Part shown: piece by piece, positions 18,794 through 27,512 of the stretch
Position numbering within the stretch: the stretch's first letter is position 1
Layout: the number at the start of each line of letters is the position of its first letter
Source of the DNA: an uncultured Candidatus Saccharibacteria bacterium
GTDB lineage: Bacteria > Patescibacteriota > Minisyncoccia > UBA6257 > Colwellbacteraceae
Assembly (NCBI GenBank): GCA_964643135.1
Contig: CAZXPC010000001.1
Location: 103,726 to 167,725, forward strand
Direction of reading: 5' to 3'
Length of the DNA: 64,000 nucleotides
Program-made: the position numbers and the translations under genes
The notes under the pieces: model-generated
Databases searched by the model: none
Told to the model about the DNA's origin: nothing
What the model saw: only the letters and a program-made list of their open reading frames with translations

Positions 18794-18850
18794 TCTTCAT
18801 AAAATCTTTAGAAGTTCTTCATCTCCGATTCTTTACCATTAATGGTAAAG
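18794..18850 (+). promoter_or_regulatory. Putative OmpR-type regulator-dependent promoter of the peptide gene
   Basis: TCTTCAT/TCTTTAG/TCTTCAT at 11-bp spacing, TACCAT -10 11 nt later, inside 20-bp palindrome CTTTACCATTAATGGTAAAG. Confidence 0.6.
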
Positions 18851-18877
18851 GTCGACTAGTAACCATTTAATATAAAA

Positions 18878-18985
18878 GTGAAAAAACTCATTAAGAAGAT
18901 TCTCACCGATAAAAAGGCGAGAAACGCTGAGGCGGCGGAAGCCTTTGCGCAGACCACCGCAGATGTAGGCGTGGCCTGGGACTAA
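18878..18985 (+). CDS. 35-aa ComX-like Trp-containing precursor peptide (not in ORF track)
   Basis: GTG start; MKKLIKKILTDKKARNAEAAEAFAQTTADVGVAWD; tandem TAA TAG stops; directly upstream of kinase and prenyltransferase. Confidence 0.75.
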   Translation: MKKLIKKILTDKKARNAEAAEAFAQTTADVGVAWD

Positions 18986-19030
18986 TAGCGCTTAGGACAT
19001 AAGTGTATTAGAATACGGAAGAATCCCAAA

Positions 19031-20446
19031 ATGATTTTTTTGTCTTTCTTGTACAATAAACTGATCGAGCCGAGATCCCAAAATGAAGATTCGGCGCGGC
19101 GAGAATTTATTTTGAATATCTTTCTCATTGCCTCAACGGTTCTTCTGTCTTTCGCGGTTTTCCTGGCTCTAAAAAGTTCTATTGTGAATGGCAAAAATTA
19201 TCAGGGGGATTCTCCTGTTTATGTCTTCAGTATCTGGCTGTTTTTTGTGCTGCTGCTCCTACTTTCAAGACGAGGATTCTTTAGGATAGTTTCCTACATT
19301 TTTGTAGGTGTATATTTCCTGGCGGTTTCTTACGGACTTTACCGTCTGGGAGTAGACCAGCCGGAAACACTCTTGGGCCTTGCCCTCGTGATTGTCATAT
19401 CCGGCGTGTTGGTAGGATCCAAATTTGCATTTCTAACCACCATTCTGTCTTCAGCGGTCTTGATCACTCTCGGATATCTGCAGATTGACGGAGTCTACAC
19501 GGTCCATTCGTATTGGAAAGACCTGCCGGCCAAGAAAACGGACGCTATTATTTTTTCCATAACTTTGGCGATAATCGCCATAGCTTCCTGGCTTTCCAAC
19601 CGAGAAATTGAAAAATCTCTCCGCCGGGCCCGAAAATCAGAAACTGAGCTCAAGAAAGAGCGCGACTCACTCGAGATCACAGTTCAGAGAAGAACCAAGG
19701 AACTTAAAGAAGCTCAAGCGGAGAAAATGTCCCAGCTTTATCGCTTTGCCGAATTCGGCCGGCTCAGTTCAGGCATGTTCCACGACCTTATCAATCCCCT
19801 TAACGCTGTTTCTCTGAATATGGAGAAAATAAAAAGCAGAGAAGCGTCGAGCTACGTCGACAAGGCAATCAGCGCGGCGCAGAAATTAGAAGAGATGGTT
19901 GGGGCGGTGCGTAAACAGCTGAACCGGGAAGAGAATAGGAGCCTCTTCTCCCTGAATAAGGAGATCGAATACGTCATCGATGTCCTTTCACACAAAGCCA
20001 AGAAGGCTCATGTGATAATAAATTTCTCATCGGAACACGAGATCCAAATCTTCGGAGACGCCATAAAATTTAATCAGGTAGTTCTCAACTTGATCGCGAA
20101 CGCTATTGATTCTTATCCGCCCGCGACTGGCAAAGGCGGCGAAAGAACTGTTTCAGTTACGATGCGCCAAAACCAAAACAACATCACTTTAGAAGTAAAA
20201 GATCGCGGCGCAGGTATACCTGAAGCCAACCTGAATAAGATATTTGAACCTTTCTTCACAACCAAGCCAGAGGGGCAAGGCATAGGCCTGGGCCTTTCGA
20301 TGACCAAGCGAATCATTGAAAAAGATTTCGGCGGAGATATCAGCGTTCAAAGCAAGATCGGCAGCGGCGCAGTTTTCACTATAAAAATTCCCCTAAAAAA
20401 TGAGGCAGCAGCGAGTCCAAGCGAAGGTCAGCAGCGCGCTCAATAA
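19031..20446 (+). CDS. Multi-TM sensor histidine kinase (HisKA + HATPase)
   Basis: About six TM helices, FHDLINPL H-box, NLIANAID, DRGAGI, FFTTK, GLGL. Confidence 0.93.
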   Translation: MIFLSFLYNKLIEPRSQNEDSARREFILNIFLIASTVLLSFAVFLALKSSIVNGKNYQGDSPVYVFSIWLFFVLLLLLSRRGFFRIVSYIFVGVYFLAVSYGLYRLGVDQPETLLGLALVIVISGVLVGSKFAFLTTILSSAVLITLGYLQIDGVYTVHSYWKDLPAKKTDAIIFSITLAIIAIASWLSNREIEKSLRRARKSETELKKERDSLEITVQRRTKELKEAQAEKMSQLYRFAEFGRLSSGMFHDLINPLNAVSLNMEKIKSREASSYVDKAISAAQKLEEMVGAVRKQLNREENRSLFSLNKEIEYVIDVLSHKAKKAHVIINFSSEHEIQIFGDAIKFNQVVLNLIANAIDSYPPATGKGGERTVSVTMRQNQNNITLEVKDRGAGIPEANLNKIFEPFFTTKPEGQGIGLGLSMTKRIIEKDFGGDISVQSKIGSGAVFTIKIPLKNEAAASPSEGQQRAQ

Positions 20447-22367
20447 TGGATTGAGGTTTTTAGCCGGCGAACAGGAAAAAGACGGCAGCTTCATGTGCCT
20501 CGTGTCGACTAAATTAGATGACTATAGCCAGGCTAAGACAGTACCGGCGATCGTCCCCACTAATATTGTTCTGTCGTCGCTTATCCACATCGAGAGCAAT
20601 CTCAGCGCCACTATTAAAAAGAAGGCGGCTGGTTTTTTACTCGGCGAGCGAAACGAATATTGGTCGTTCAACTATTGGTTCAAAAAGTCTAATTGGTTTA
20701 AGAAAGAACCCTATCCCGATGATCTGGACGACACCTTTTGCGCTCTCTCCGCTCTCTATGAATATAAGCCGGGCTTATTTAACGGCGAAGTCATGGCCAA
20801 GATTGTGACTATGCTCACCTCAGCTGAGAAGCAGGAAGGCGGACCTTATGATATGTGGCTCGTTCCCGAGGAGGGCCGAAGCACGTGGAACGACACCGAC
20901 TTAGTCGTGAACAGCAATGTGGCCTTCTTCCTCGCGCTTCAAGATATTTCTTTGCCGAAGGTCAACGCATTTATCGAAAAATCGATCGACGAAGAGGACT
21001 ATGAGTTTCCCTATAACAAAATTTATCCGGCCGTCTATTTCATTTCGAGATTCTATAAAGGAAGAAAAACGGACCGTATGATAAAACTTCTCCTTTCTAA
21101 ACAAGAGCAAAACGGCAAGTGGGAGAATCCCCTTCGCACTTCTCTAGCGATCTCAGCGCTGATAAATTTATCCGGTCATAAATATCAAGCCGAGCTGGAG
21201 AAAGGCATCGAATATCTATTACGAAATCAAAACCGTGACGGCGGCTGGAAGCCCGCATCTTTCTATTTTCAAATGAGAACTTCAAAGAAAACTCTCTATG
21301 CCGGGTCAGCCTCCATCACCACCGCTTTATGTTTGGAAGCGATCAACAAGTGGCAGAATAAGTTCAAGGCGCCCAAAATAGCCGTCCCGAAAAAAGAGAG
21401 AGCCGTGAAGGCAGCCGAAATATATGAGGCAGCCTCTAAAGTAGTCAAAACTAGATTTTCAACTTGCGATTCTGATCTAAGGAGAGAAGCTTCAAAAGTA
21501 GTCGCGAAAACACTGAAAGGCGACCGGGACAAACAGATCGTGCTGCTCCCCTACTTTTTTGCAGCGGCTCTACGGGAGTCCAGCCAAAAAATCATCGCAA
21601 AAAGAGATTTTCTGACCAACCTCGGAGCGGCCAACACATTCGGATGGATAGCCTACACTATTTACGATGATTACTTCGATGGCGAGAGCGGCGCTAAATC
21701 GCTGGCACTTCTTTCGGTTGCTAACGTGGCCCTGCGGGAGTCATCTGAGATATTCGGCAATATTCTGCCGCCCAGGGACGGCCTAAAGAGTGCATTTGCC
21801 GAATTTTCCAAGAAAATATTCGACACTATAGACGGCGCCAATGCCTGGGAAATCAACCACTGCCGGGGCGAAAAGCTGCCTGATTACGGCAATTATGCGC
21901 AGCTGGCGGAGAAGTCACTGGGACATTCGCTGGGGCCTATGGCCATCCTCTTCGCGCTCGGCTACAGAGAAAACTCGGCCGAAGTTCAAACTATGATGGA
22001 CTTCTTCCGTCACTACCTAATTGCGCGCCAACTGAATGACGATGCTCATGATTGGGAAAACGACCTGAAACGGGGCCATATCAACGCAGCCGCGATCCAA
22101 ATACTTAAGAAAATCAAGATACTCCCAGGCCGGCCTTCAGATAAACAACTCGGAGAACTGCGTAAATTATTTTGGGCCGATGCGGTGGTTCAGGTATGCA
22201 ATGATATTCTAAAACACGCGCAAATGGCCAGGAATAGCGTTGGTAGGTCGGCCCTCATCAAAGATGTATCTCTTTTCGAAAATTTGCTCGCGCCAATCGA
22301 GGAGTCGGCTCTAAAAGCGCTTAAGGAACGCGAAGAAACAATCAAGTTCGTCAAATCCTATCGATAA
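20400..22367 (+). CDS. Fused class II terpene cyclase-like (QW repeats, DxDD) and class I/ComQ-like prenyltransferase
   Basis: QEKDGSF, QEQNGKW, QNRDGGW, PDDLDDT; C-terminal IYDDYFD and QLNDDAHDW. Confidence 0.8.
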   Translation: MRQQRVQAKVSSALNNGLRFLAGEQEKDGSFMCLVSTKLDDYSQAKTVPAIVPTNIVLSSLIHIESNLSATIKKKAAGFLLGERNEYWSFNYWFKKSNWFKKEPYPDDLDDTFCALSALYEYKPGLFNGEVMAKIVTMLTSAEKQEGGPYDMWLVPEEGRSTWNDTDLVVNSNVAFFLALQDISLPKVNAFIEKSIDEEDYEFPYNKIYPAVYFISRFYKGRKTDRMIKLLLSKQEQNGKWENPLRTSLAISALINLSGHKYQAELEKGIEYLLRNQNRDGGWKPASFYFQMRTSKKTLYAGSASITTALCLEAINKWQNKFKAPKIAVPKKERAVKAAEIYEAASKVVKTRFSTCDSDLRREASKVVAKTLKGDRDKQIVLLPYFFAAALRESSQKIIAKRDFLTNLGAANTFGWIAYTIYDDYFDGESGAKSLALLSVANVALRESSEIFGNILPPRDGLKSAFAEFSKKIFDTIDGANAWEINHCRGEKLPDYGNYAQLAEKSLGHSLGPMAILFALGYRENSAEVQTMMDFFRHYLIARQLNDDAHDWENDLKRGHINAAAIQILKKIKILPGRPSDKQLGELRKLFWADAVVQVCNDILKHAQMARNSVGRSALIKDVSLFENLLAPIEESALKALKEREETIKFVKSYR

Positions 22368-22368
22368 A

Positions 22369-23055
22369 TTATCTTTGGAGGTCAATTTTGTAGCCCCGTC
22401 CTGGCACCGAATGGATAAGTTTTTTCCTAAAACCAACGTCGATCTTCTTTCTAAGATTTAAAACATGCGCTTCGATGGTATTTGAGAACAGATCCCCGTC
22501 GGAATTCCAGACGTGTTCCATAATCATCCCCCGGGACAAAACCCGGCCTTTGTTCCTCAAAAAATATTCGAGCAATATGAATTCTTTCCGAGTCAGATAC
22601 ACTCGTTTCTCGCCCCGCGTAACTGCCTGCTTCTGGGTATCAAGCCTGAGGTTGTCGATCGAGAGCTCCTCTTCTTTGATCTCCGGAGGCCGCCTCAGAA
22701 TTGTCCTAATCCGCGCCAGCAATTCTTTGAAGGAAAACGGCTTGGTCAGATAATCATCGGCCCCCACCATAAGCAGTTTTACTTTTTGGTCAACGTCGGT
22801 TTTAACCGAGAGCATCATGATCGGCGTCTGTTTCACCTTCTGCTTGCCGCTTTCCCGGATCGTTTTGCAGATCTCAAAGCCGTTCTTGCCGGGCAAAATA
22901 TAGTCGAGAATGATCAAATCATAATTATTGGTCAGCGCCAGATACTCGCCCTCTTCGCCGTTTTCCGCGGCATCCACGGCAAAACACTCCTCTTCGAGCG
23001 AAGATTTAAGAAAGTCCCTGATCTCGGCCTCGTCCTCAATAACAAGAATGCGCAT
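22369..23055 (-). CDS. OmpR/PhoB-family response regulator
   Basis: MRILVIEDE, ILDYILP, GADDYLTKPF, winged helix LTRKEF...VPGRGY. Confidence 0.95.
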   Translation of the reverse strand: MRILVIEDEAEIRDFLKSSLEEECFAVDAAENGEEGEYLALTNNYDLIILDYILPGKNGFEICKTIRESGKQKVKQTPIMMLSVKTDVDQKVKLLMVGADDYLTKPFSFKELLARIRTILRRPPEIKEEELSIDNLRLDTQKQAVTRGEKRVYLTRKEFILLEYFLRNKGRVLSRGMIMEHVWNSDGDLFSNTIEAHVLNLRKKIDVGFRKKLIHSVPGRGYKIDLQR

Positions 23056-23163
23056 GGAAGCGATGTTTAAACTATAACTCATTATAGAAAAATGAAGAAA
23101 ATATAAAAGGCCGGCCGAAAACAAATCTTCATAATTATTTCATCTTGCCCTTCGATCCCAGAC

Positions 23164-23210
23164 AATCAAAAGATCCGCCTCGATAACTTCAGGGGGCGGA
23201 TCTTTTGATT
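23164..23210. terminator. Strong intrinsic terminator
   Basis: 16-bp perfect stem AATCAAAAGATCCGCC/GGCGGATCTTTTGATT. Confidence 0.85.
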
Positions 23211-23219
23211 TTAGGCAGC

Positions 23220-23291
23220 TTACATCGTGCAATCACACATTGGGCACTTCCCCATGTGTTTGTCATGAGGACAATTCGGACACTTTTCCAT
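23220..23291 (-). CDS. 23-aa Cys/His-rich metallothionein-like mini-protein (not in ORF track)
   Basis: MEKCPNCPHDKHMGKCPMCDCTM; own TGATATAAT promoter (23333-23341) and terminator. Confidence 0.65.
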   Translation of the reverse strand: MEKCPNCPHDKHMGKCPMCDCTM

Positions 23292-23333
23292 AGTAATTTA
23301 TATTTTTTAATAAGGCGACCTTTGACTCGTTTA

Positions 23334-25892
23334 TTATATCATTTTGAGACGATCCCTAAACTTGGCATACATTAATTTGATGACTTCATTCATGAATAAG
23401 TAAGCGATCAAGATTCCTCCTATAATCTCGACTTGATTAATATCAAGGGCTACAAAATGGAACAGCTGGCCCAGCGGCGGGTAAAAAATCAGCGCAGCTC
23501 CAATGAAACAGGAAAGAATGGAGAAGACGATCATGTTGACAGCGGGAATTCCTCCGCGATAAATCGGCAAGAGCGTGCGCAACGATAGGAAGGCCAGCAC
23601 TTCCTGGAAAACACTGAACAAAAACCAGCCCGACTGGAGAACGCTTTCCCCGTACGAGAAGAATGATCTGAAGAAGATGAAGTCAAAAGGAACGCTTAAA
23701 AGGCCGAAGAGAATTATAAAAATATAGAGATTCCGAAGGTCGTATTTCTGAGGCTTCTGCATTTCTGCCTCGGGCACATTGTCGAGCGAAATCGTCACCA
23801 TGGGCAAATCGGTGATGAGGTTCAGTATCAAAATCTGGACGGAAAGCATCGGCAGAAACGGCAAAAGGAAAGATGCAATCACCATCGTAAAAAAATTTCC
23901 GACGTTGGCCGCGAAAGTAGTCCGGATATATTTAATGACATTGGCGAATATTTTTCGGCCCTCCTCAATCCCCCGCCCGATCACGATCAGCTCGCTTTTT
24001 AGGAGCACAATGTCGGCGGCATCCCGAGCTACGTCCGAGGCATTATCGACAACCAGGGCTAGGTCGGCGATCTTCAAGGCCGGCACATCGTTAAAGCCTT
24101 CGCCCAAAAATCCAACGGTGTGGCGCTTCTTTAACGACTCAATAATCAAGTATTTATGGTTGGGCATAGTCCGGCCGAACACATTGTACTTATCGACGGC
24201 GACGAGCCTCTCATTTTCGGTCATTTTTTCGAATTCTTCGCCGGCTAAGACATCATGAGGGTCAGCGATAAGGCCCAGCTGATGCGCCACCGCGCCGGCC
24301 ACCTCGTTGGAGTCGCCGGTAACAATTTTAAGCTTTACGTTAAGCTTATTGATCAGCTGGGCGGCGGCTTGCGAGGTTTCTTTAAGAGGATCGGTGAAAG
24401 AAATCATGCCGGCGAAAATCAACCCCTGAGCTTCTTCTTTCTTCAAATCAAGAGATCCTCCTTGGCCTGCGGTTTCTTTAAAGCCGATAGCAATGGCCCG
24501 CTCTCCTCTTTCGCCGGCCTGTTTAAACCAGGCCAGAGCCTCATCTTTAGTTTCTTGGCTGATTTTATCTGTTTTGCCCCCGATCCCTAGCGAACCTACC
24601 GAAGACTCAAGAATAATTTCCGGAGCGCCGCGCGCGAGTAAAATCTGGCGCGAATCCATTCTATAAAGTGCTGAATTGACCTTCCTGATGGCATCGAAGG
24701 GCAGAGACTCCAAAAATTCGATCCGCTGCGCATCTTCAGCCATCTTCTTAGTGCCTACATTTAAAATTGCGGCGTCAAACGAGCCGTGCATTTTATTAAG
24801 CTTCTTGCTGGCGATAGAACTTACAAATGCCAGACGCAAAATCTCGGCGTGATCTTCGCCGAAATATTGGGCAATTGCCAATTTATTCTCGGTAATTGTG
24901 CCTGTCTTGTCCGTACAAAGAACATCAACGTTGCCGAGATCTTCCAGCGCCGTCAATCTCTTGATAACGACGCTGTTCTTGGCCAGAATCAGAGAGCCTT
25001 TAGAAAAAGCGAGAGTAGCGACCAGAGGCAGAGCTTCAGGAACCACGGCGACGACCAACGCAACAACGAAGACAAAAAACCCCAGATCAATGTGTCCAAC
25101 TGTGATGAATTTGATCAGGAATATCAACATAGCGATTAGGAAAAAAAGAAAAGTGGCGAACTCCCCGATCTTTTTCAAATTAACTTCGAATTTGCTCGGA
25201 CGCTCGATAGAGTTCAATTTCTCGAAGATGCCGGCGAAATAAGTGTGCTCACCCGTTGCGATAACGACCGCTTCGCCCCAGCCCCCGATGACACTCGAAC
25301 CGGAAAATCCAAGATTGCGGGCGTCCAAATCATTTTCGATCGACTCCGAAACCGGCGCAGAATTTTTAGGAACCTCCATCGATTCGCCGGTCAAGATCGA
25401 TTCATCAATGGTTAAATTCCTGGTTCGCAGGAATCTGACGTCGGCCGGTATCAGATCTCCCTCTTCCAAGAAAATGAGGTCGCCGGGGACGAGGTCTTGG
25501 GTGTTCATCTTTTTGATCTCATCATTCCTTTTGGTCCGAACATAACGAGTCAGGAATTTGCGTAAATTGAAGACCGACTTCTCCGCGTTGAACTCCTGGT
25601 AGAAACCCGACCCGACATAGATACAGATAAACGCGAAAATAAAAGAAGCGTCCAAGATTTCCCGGGTGATGAGATCAACGGCGGCGGCGAAAAACAGCAG
25701 GTAGATAAAGAAGGATGTAAATTGCCTTAAGAGAATACCCTTCCAATCAGGCTTTTTATACTCTATTAAATTCAATCCGTCTTTTTCGGCTCGAGTCTTG
25801 GCTTCAGCCGAGGAGAGCCCGTCCAGAGTCACATTAAAAGAGCGCAAAACTTCTTCGCCGGATTTTGAAAAGTAATCCTTGTATTTGAACAT
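23334..25892 (-). CDS. P-type cation ATPase, MgtA-like
   Basis: LTGES, VPEALP, DKTGT, TGD, GEGFND; C-terminal NVGNFF/LILNLITD like Mg2+ pumps. Confidence 0.88.
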   Translation of the reverse strand: MFKYKDYFSKSGEEVLRSFNVTLDGLSSAEAKTRAEKDGLNLIEYKKPDWKGILLRQFTSFFIYLLFFAAAVDLITREILDASFIFAFICIYVGSGFYQEFNAEKSVFNLRKFLTRYVRTKRNDEIKKMNTQDLVPGDLIFLEEGDLIPADVRFLRTRNLTIDESILTGESMEVPKNSAPVSESIENDLDARNLGFSGSSVIGGWGEAVVIATGEHTYFAGIFEKLNSIERPSKFEVNLKKIGEFATFLFFLIAMLIFLIKFITVGHIDLGFFVFVVALVVAVVPEALPLVATLAFSKGSLILAKNSVVIKRLTALEDLGNVDVLCTDKTGTITENKLAIAQYFGEDHAEILRLAFVSSIASKKLNKMHGSFDAAILNVGTKKMAEDAQRIEFLESLPFDAIRKVNSALYRMDSRQILLARGAPEIILESSVGSLGIGGKTDKISQETKDEALAWFKQAGERGERAIAIGFKETAGQGGSLDLKKEEAQGLIFAGMISFTDPLKETSQAAAQLINKLNVKLKIVTGDSNEVAGAVAHQLGLIADPHDVLAGEEFEKMTENERLVAVDKYNVFGRTMPNHKYLIIESLKKRHTVGFLGEGFNDVPALKIADLALVVDNASDVARDAADIVLLKSELIVIGRGIEEGRKIFANVIKYIRTTFAANVGNFFTMVIASFLLPFLPMLSVQILILNLITDLPMVTISLDNVPEAEMQKPQKYDLRNLYIFIILFGLLSVPFDFIFFRSFFSYGESVLQSGWFLFSVFQEVLAFLSLRTLLPIYRGGIPAVNMIVFSILSCFIGAALIFYPPLGQLFHFVALDINQVEIIGGILIAYLFMNEVIKLMYAKFRDRLKMI

Positions 25893-25956
25893 CTTGATGT
25901 CTAAATTATATGTGAAAAAATCGAATTAACGAAATCGATGATGTATAATGATAGCT

Positions 25957-27501
25957 ATGAACGCTCCGAAAAACTTTTGGATCATCCTCGCGGGAACTGC
26001 CGGTTTGGCCTTGATAGCCTTTTTAATTTATAAGGCTAACACGGTCTCGGTTACCCAGGCCGCCTATACGGTCGCGAACCAGGATGTCCGGGAAACAGTG
26101 CTTGCGACCGGCGCCGTTACTTCAGAATATGATTTAAACCTAAGCTTCAAAAATAGCGGCCGGCTCGACAAGATCAGCGCCGCGGTGGGAGAAAATGTTA
26201 AAGCCGGAGCCCGGCTCGCCATACTCGACGAGAGCGATGCGAACATAGCAGTGGCTAAAGCTACCGCCAGCTTGGCGAGCGCGGAAGCGAGCTATACCAA
26301 GCTTGCAGCCGGCTCTTCTGCGGAGGAAATCGCCGTTGCCCAGGCCGCAGTTTCGAGCGCCCAGGTGGCTCTGGACAACGCGAAAAAGAATTATGACATA
26401 GTCGTGAGCCAGCAAAATGTGGCAGTCAAAAATGCTTACTCGGCGCTTTTGAACTCGGGGCTCACGGTCATCCCCGCTGCTAACAATCATTCTACCGGCA
26501 CGGTCACCCTAAGCGGAACCTACACCGGCGCTCAATCAGGATCATACACCATAACCGTTTTTGCGTCCGGCATTAATGATATTAATTTTGAAATAAAGGG
26601 GCTGGAAGACGTTCCCGGCCGCGTCAATAGAGGAGCCTTGATCCCTTTCGGAACAAAAGGTCTCTCAATCACCTTCAGCAGCAGCGGAGTATTCAACTAC
26701 AACGATCAATGGACGGTGGCTATTCCCGATACTAGCGCCGCGAGCTATGTCTCAAATTATAACGCTTATCAAACTGCGCTTCAGAACCAAAACCAGGCCG
26801 TCGCCTCGGCATCGAATGCTATCTCGACCGCGCAAGCCGCCTTAAATGAGGCGCAGGCAAAGCTCAATCTCCAAAAGGCGCCTCCGCGAGCGGAAGATAT
26901 TGCGGCCGCGCAAGCCACAATCGCAACAGCTAAAGCGGCCCTGGATTCAGCTCAGAATGATTACAACAATAATATAATTTTTGCGCCGCTTTCAGGGACC
27001 ATCGGCAGCGTGGATGCCAAAATCGGAGAGAATGTCGCGGCGGGCCGAGCGATTATCACTCTTTTGAACAAGAGCCTGCTCCACGTTGAATCAAATATTT
27101 CTGAATCTTCAATCGCGAAGGTTGAAGTTGGCCAAGATGTCGACATGACCTTGGATGCGCTTTCCCCGGACCGGCATTTCAGCGGCAAAATAATTTCTAT
27201 CGACCCCGCCTCAACGGTTGTCTCGGGCGTTATAAACTATCGCGTTTTATCTTCGATCCCGGCCGACCCTAATATCCGGCCCGGCATGAGCGTCAACATG
27301 ATGATCGTGATTTCTGACAAGCCGAATGTTCTGGCTGTTCCCAACCGCCTCATCAGGAATATTAACGGCCAGAAAGTCGTGGACGTTTTGAAGAACGGCC
27401 AGGCGGTAGAAACCGAGATTACAATCGGAGCGACCGGCGACAGCTTTACCGAAGTCACTTCGGGTCTGCAAATCGGGGATCAGATAGTTTCATCTAAATA
27501 A
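25957..27501 (+). CDS. MacA-like efflux adaptor subunit
   Basis: N-terminal TM, lipoyl halves (LSFKNSG; APLSGTI), helical hairpin, RPGMSV. Confidence 0.88.
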   Translation: MNAPKNFWIILAGTAGLALIAFLIYKANTVSVTQAAYTVANQDVRETVLATGAVTSEYDLNLSFKNSGRLDKISAAVGENVKAGARLAILDESDANIAVAKATASLASAEASYTKLAAGSSAEEIAVAQAAVSSAQVALDNAKKNYDIVVSQQNVAVKNAYSALLNSGLTVIPAANNHSTGTVTLSGTYTGAQSGSYTITVFASGINDINFEIKGLEDVPGRVNRGALIPFGTKGLSITFSSSGVFNYNDQWTVAIPDTSAASYVSNYNAYQTALQNQNQAVASASNAISTAQAALNEAQAKLNLQKAPPRAEDIAAAQATIATAKAALDSAQNDYNNNIIFAPLSGTIGSVDAKIGENVAAGRAIITLLNKSLLHVESNISESSIAKVEVGQDVDMTLDALSPDRHFSGKIISIDPASTVVSGVINYRVLSSIPADPNIRPGMSVNMMIVISDKPNVLAVPNRLIRNINGQKVVDVLKNGQAVETEITIGATGDSFTEVTSGLQIGDQIVSSK

Positions 27502-27512
27502 GAAAAAAGGTG

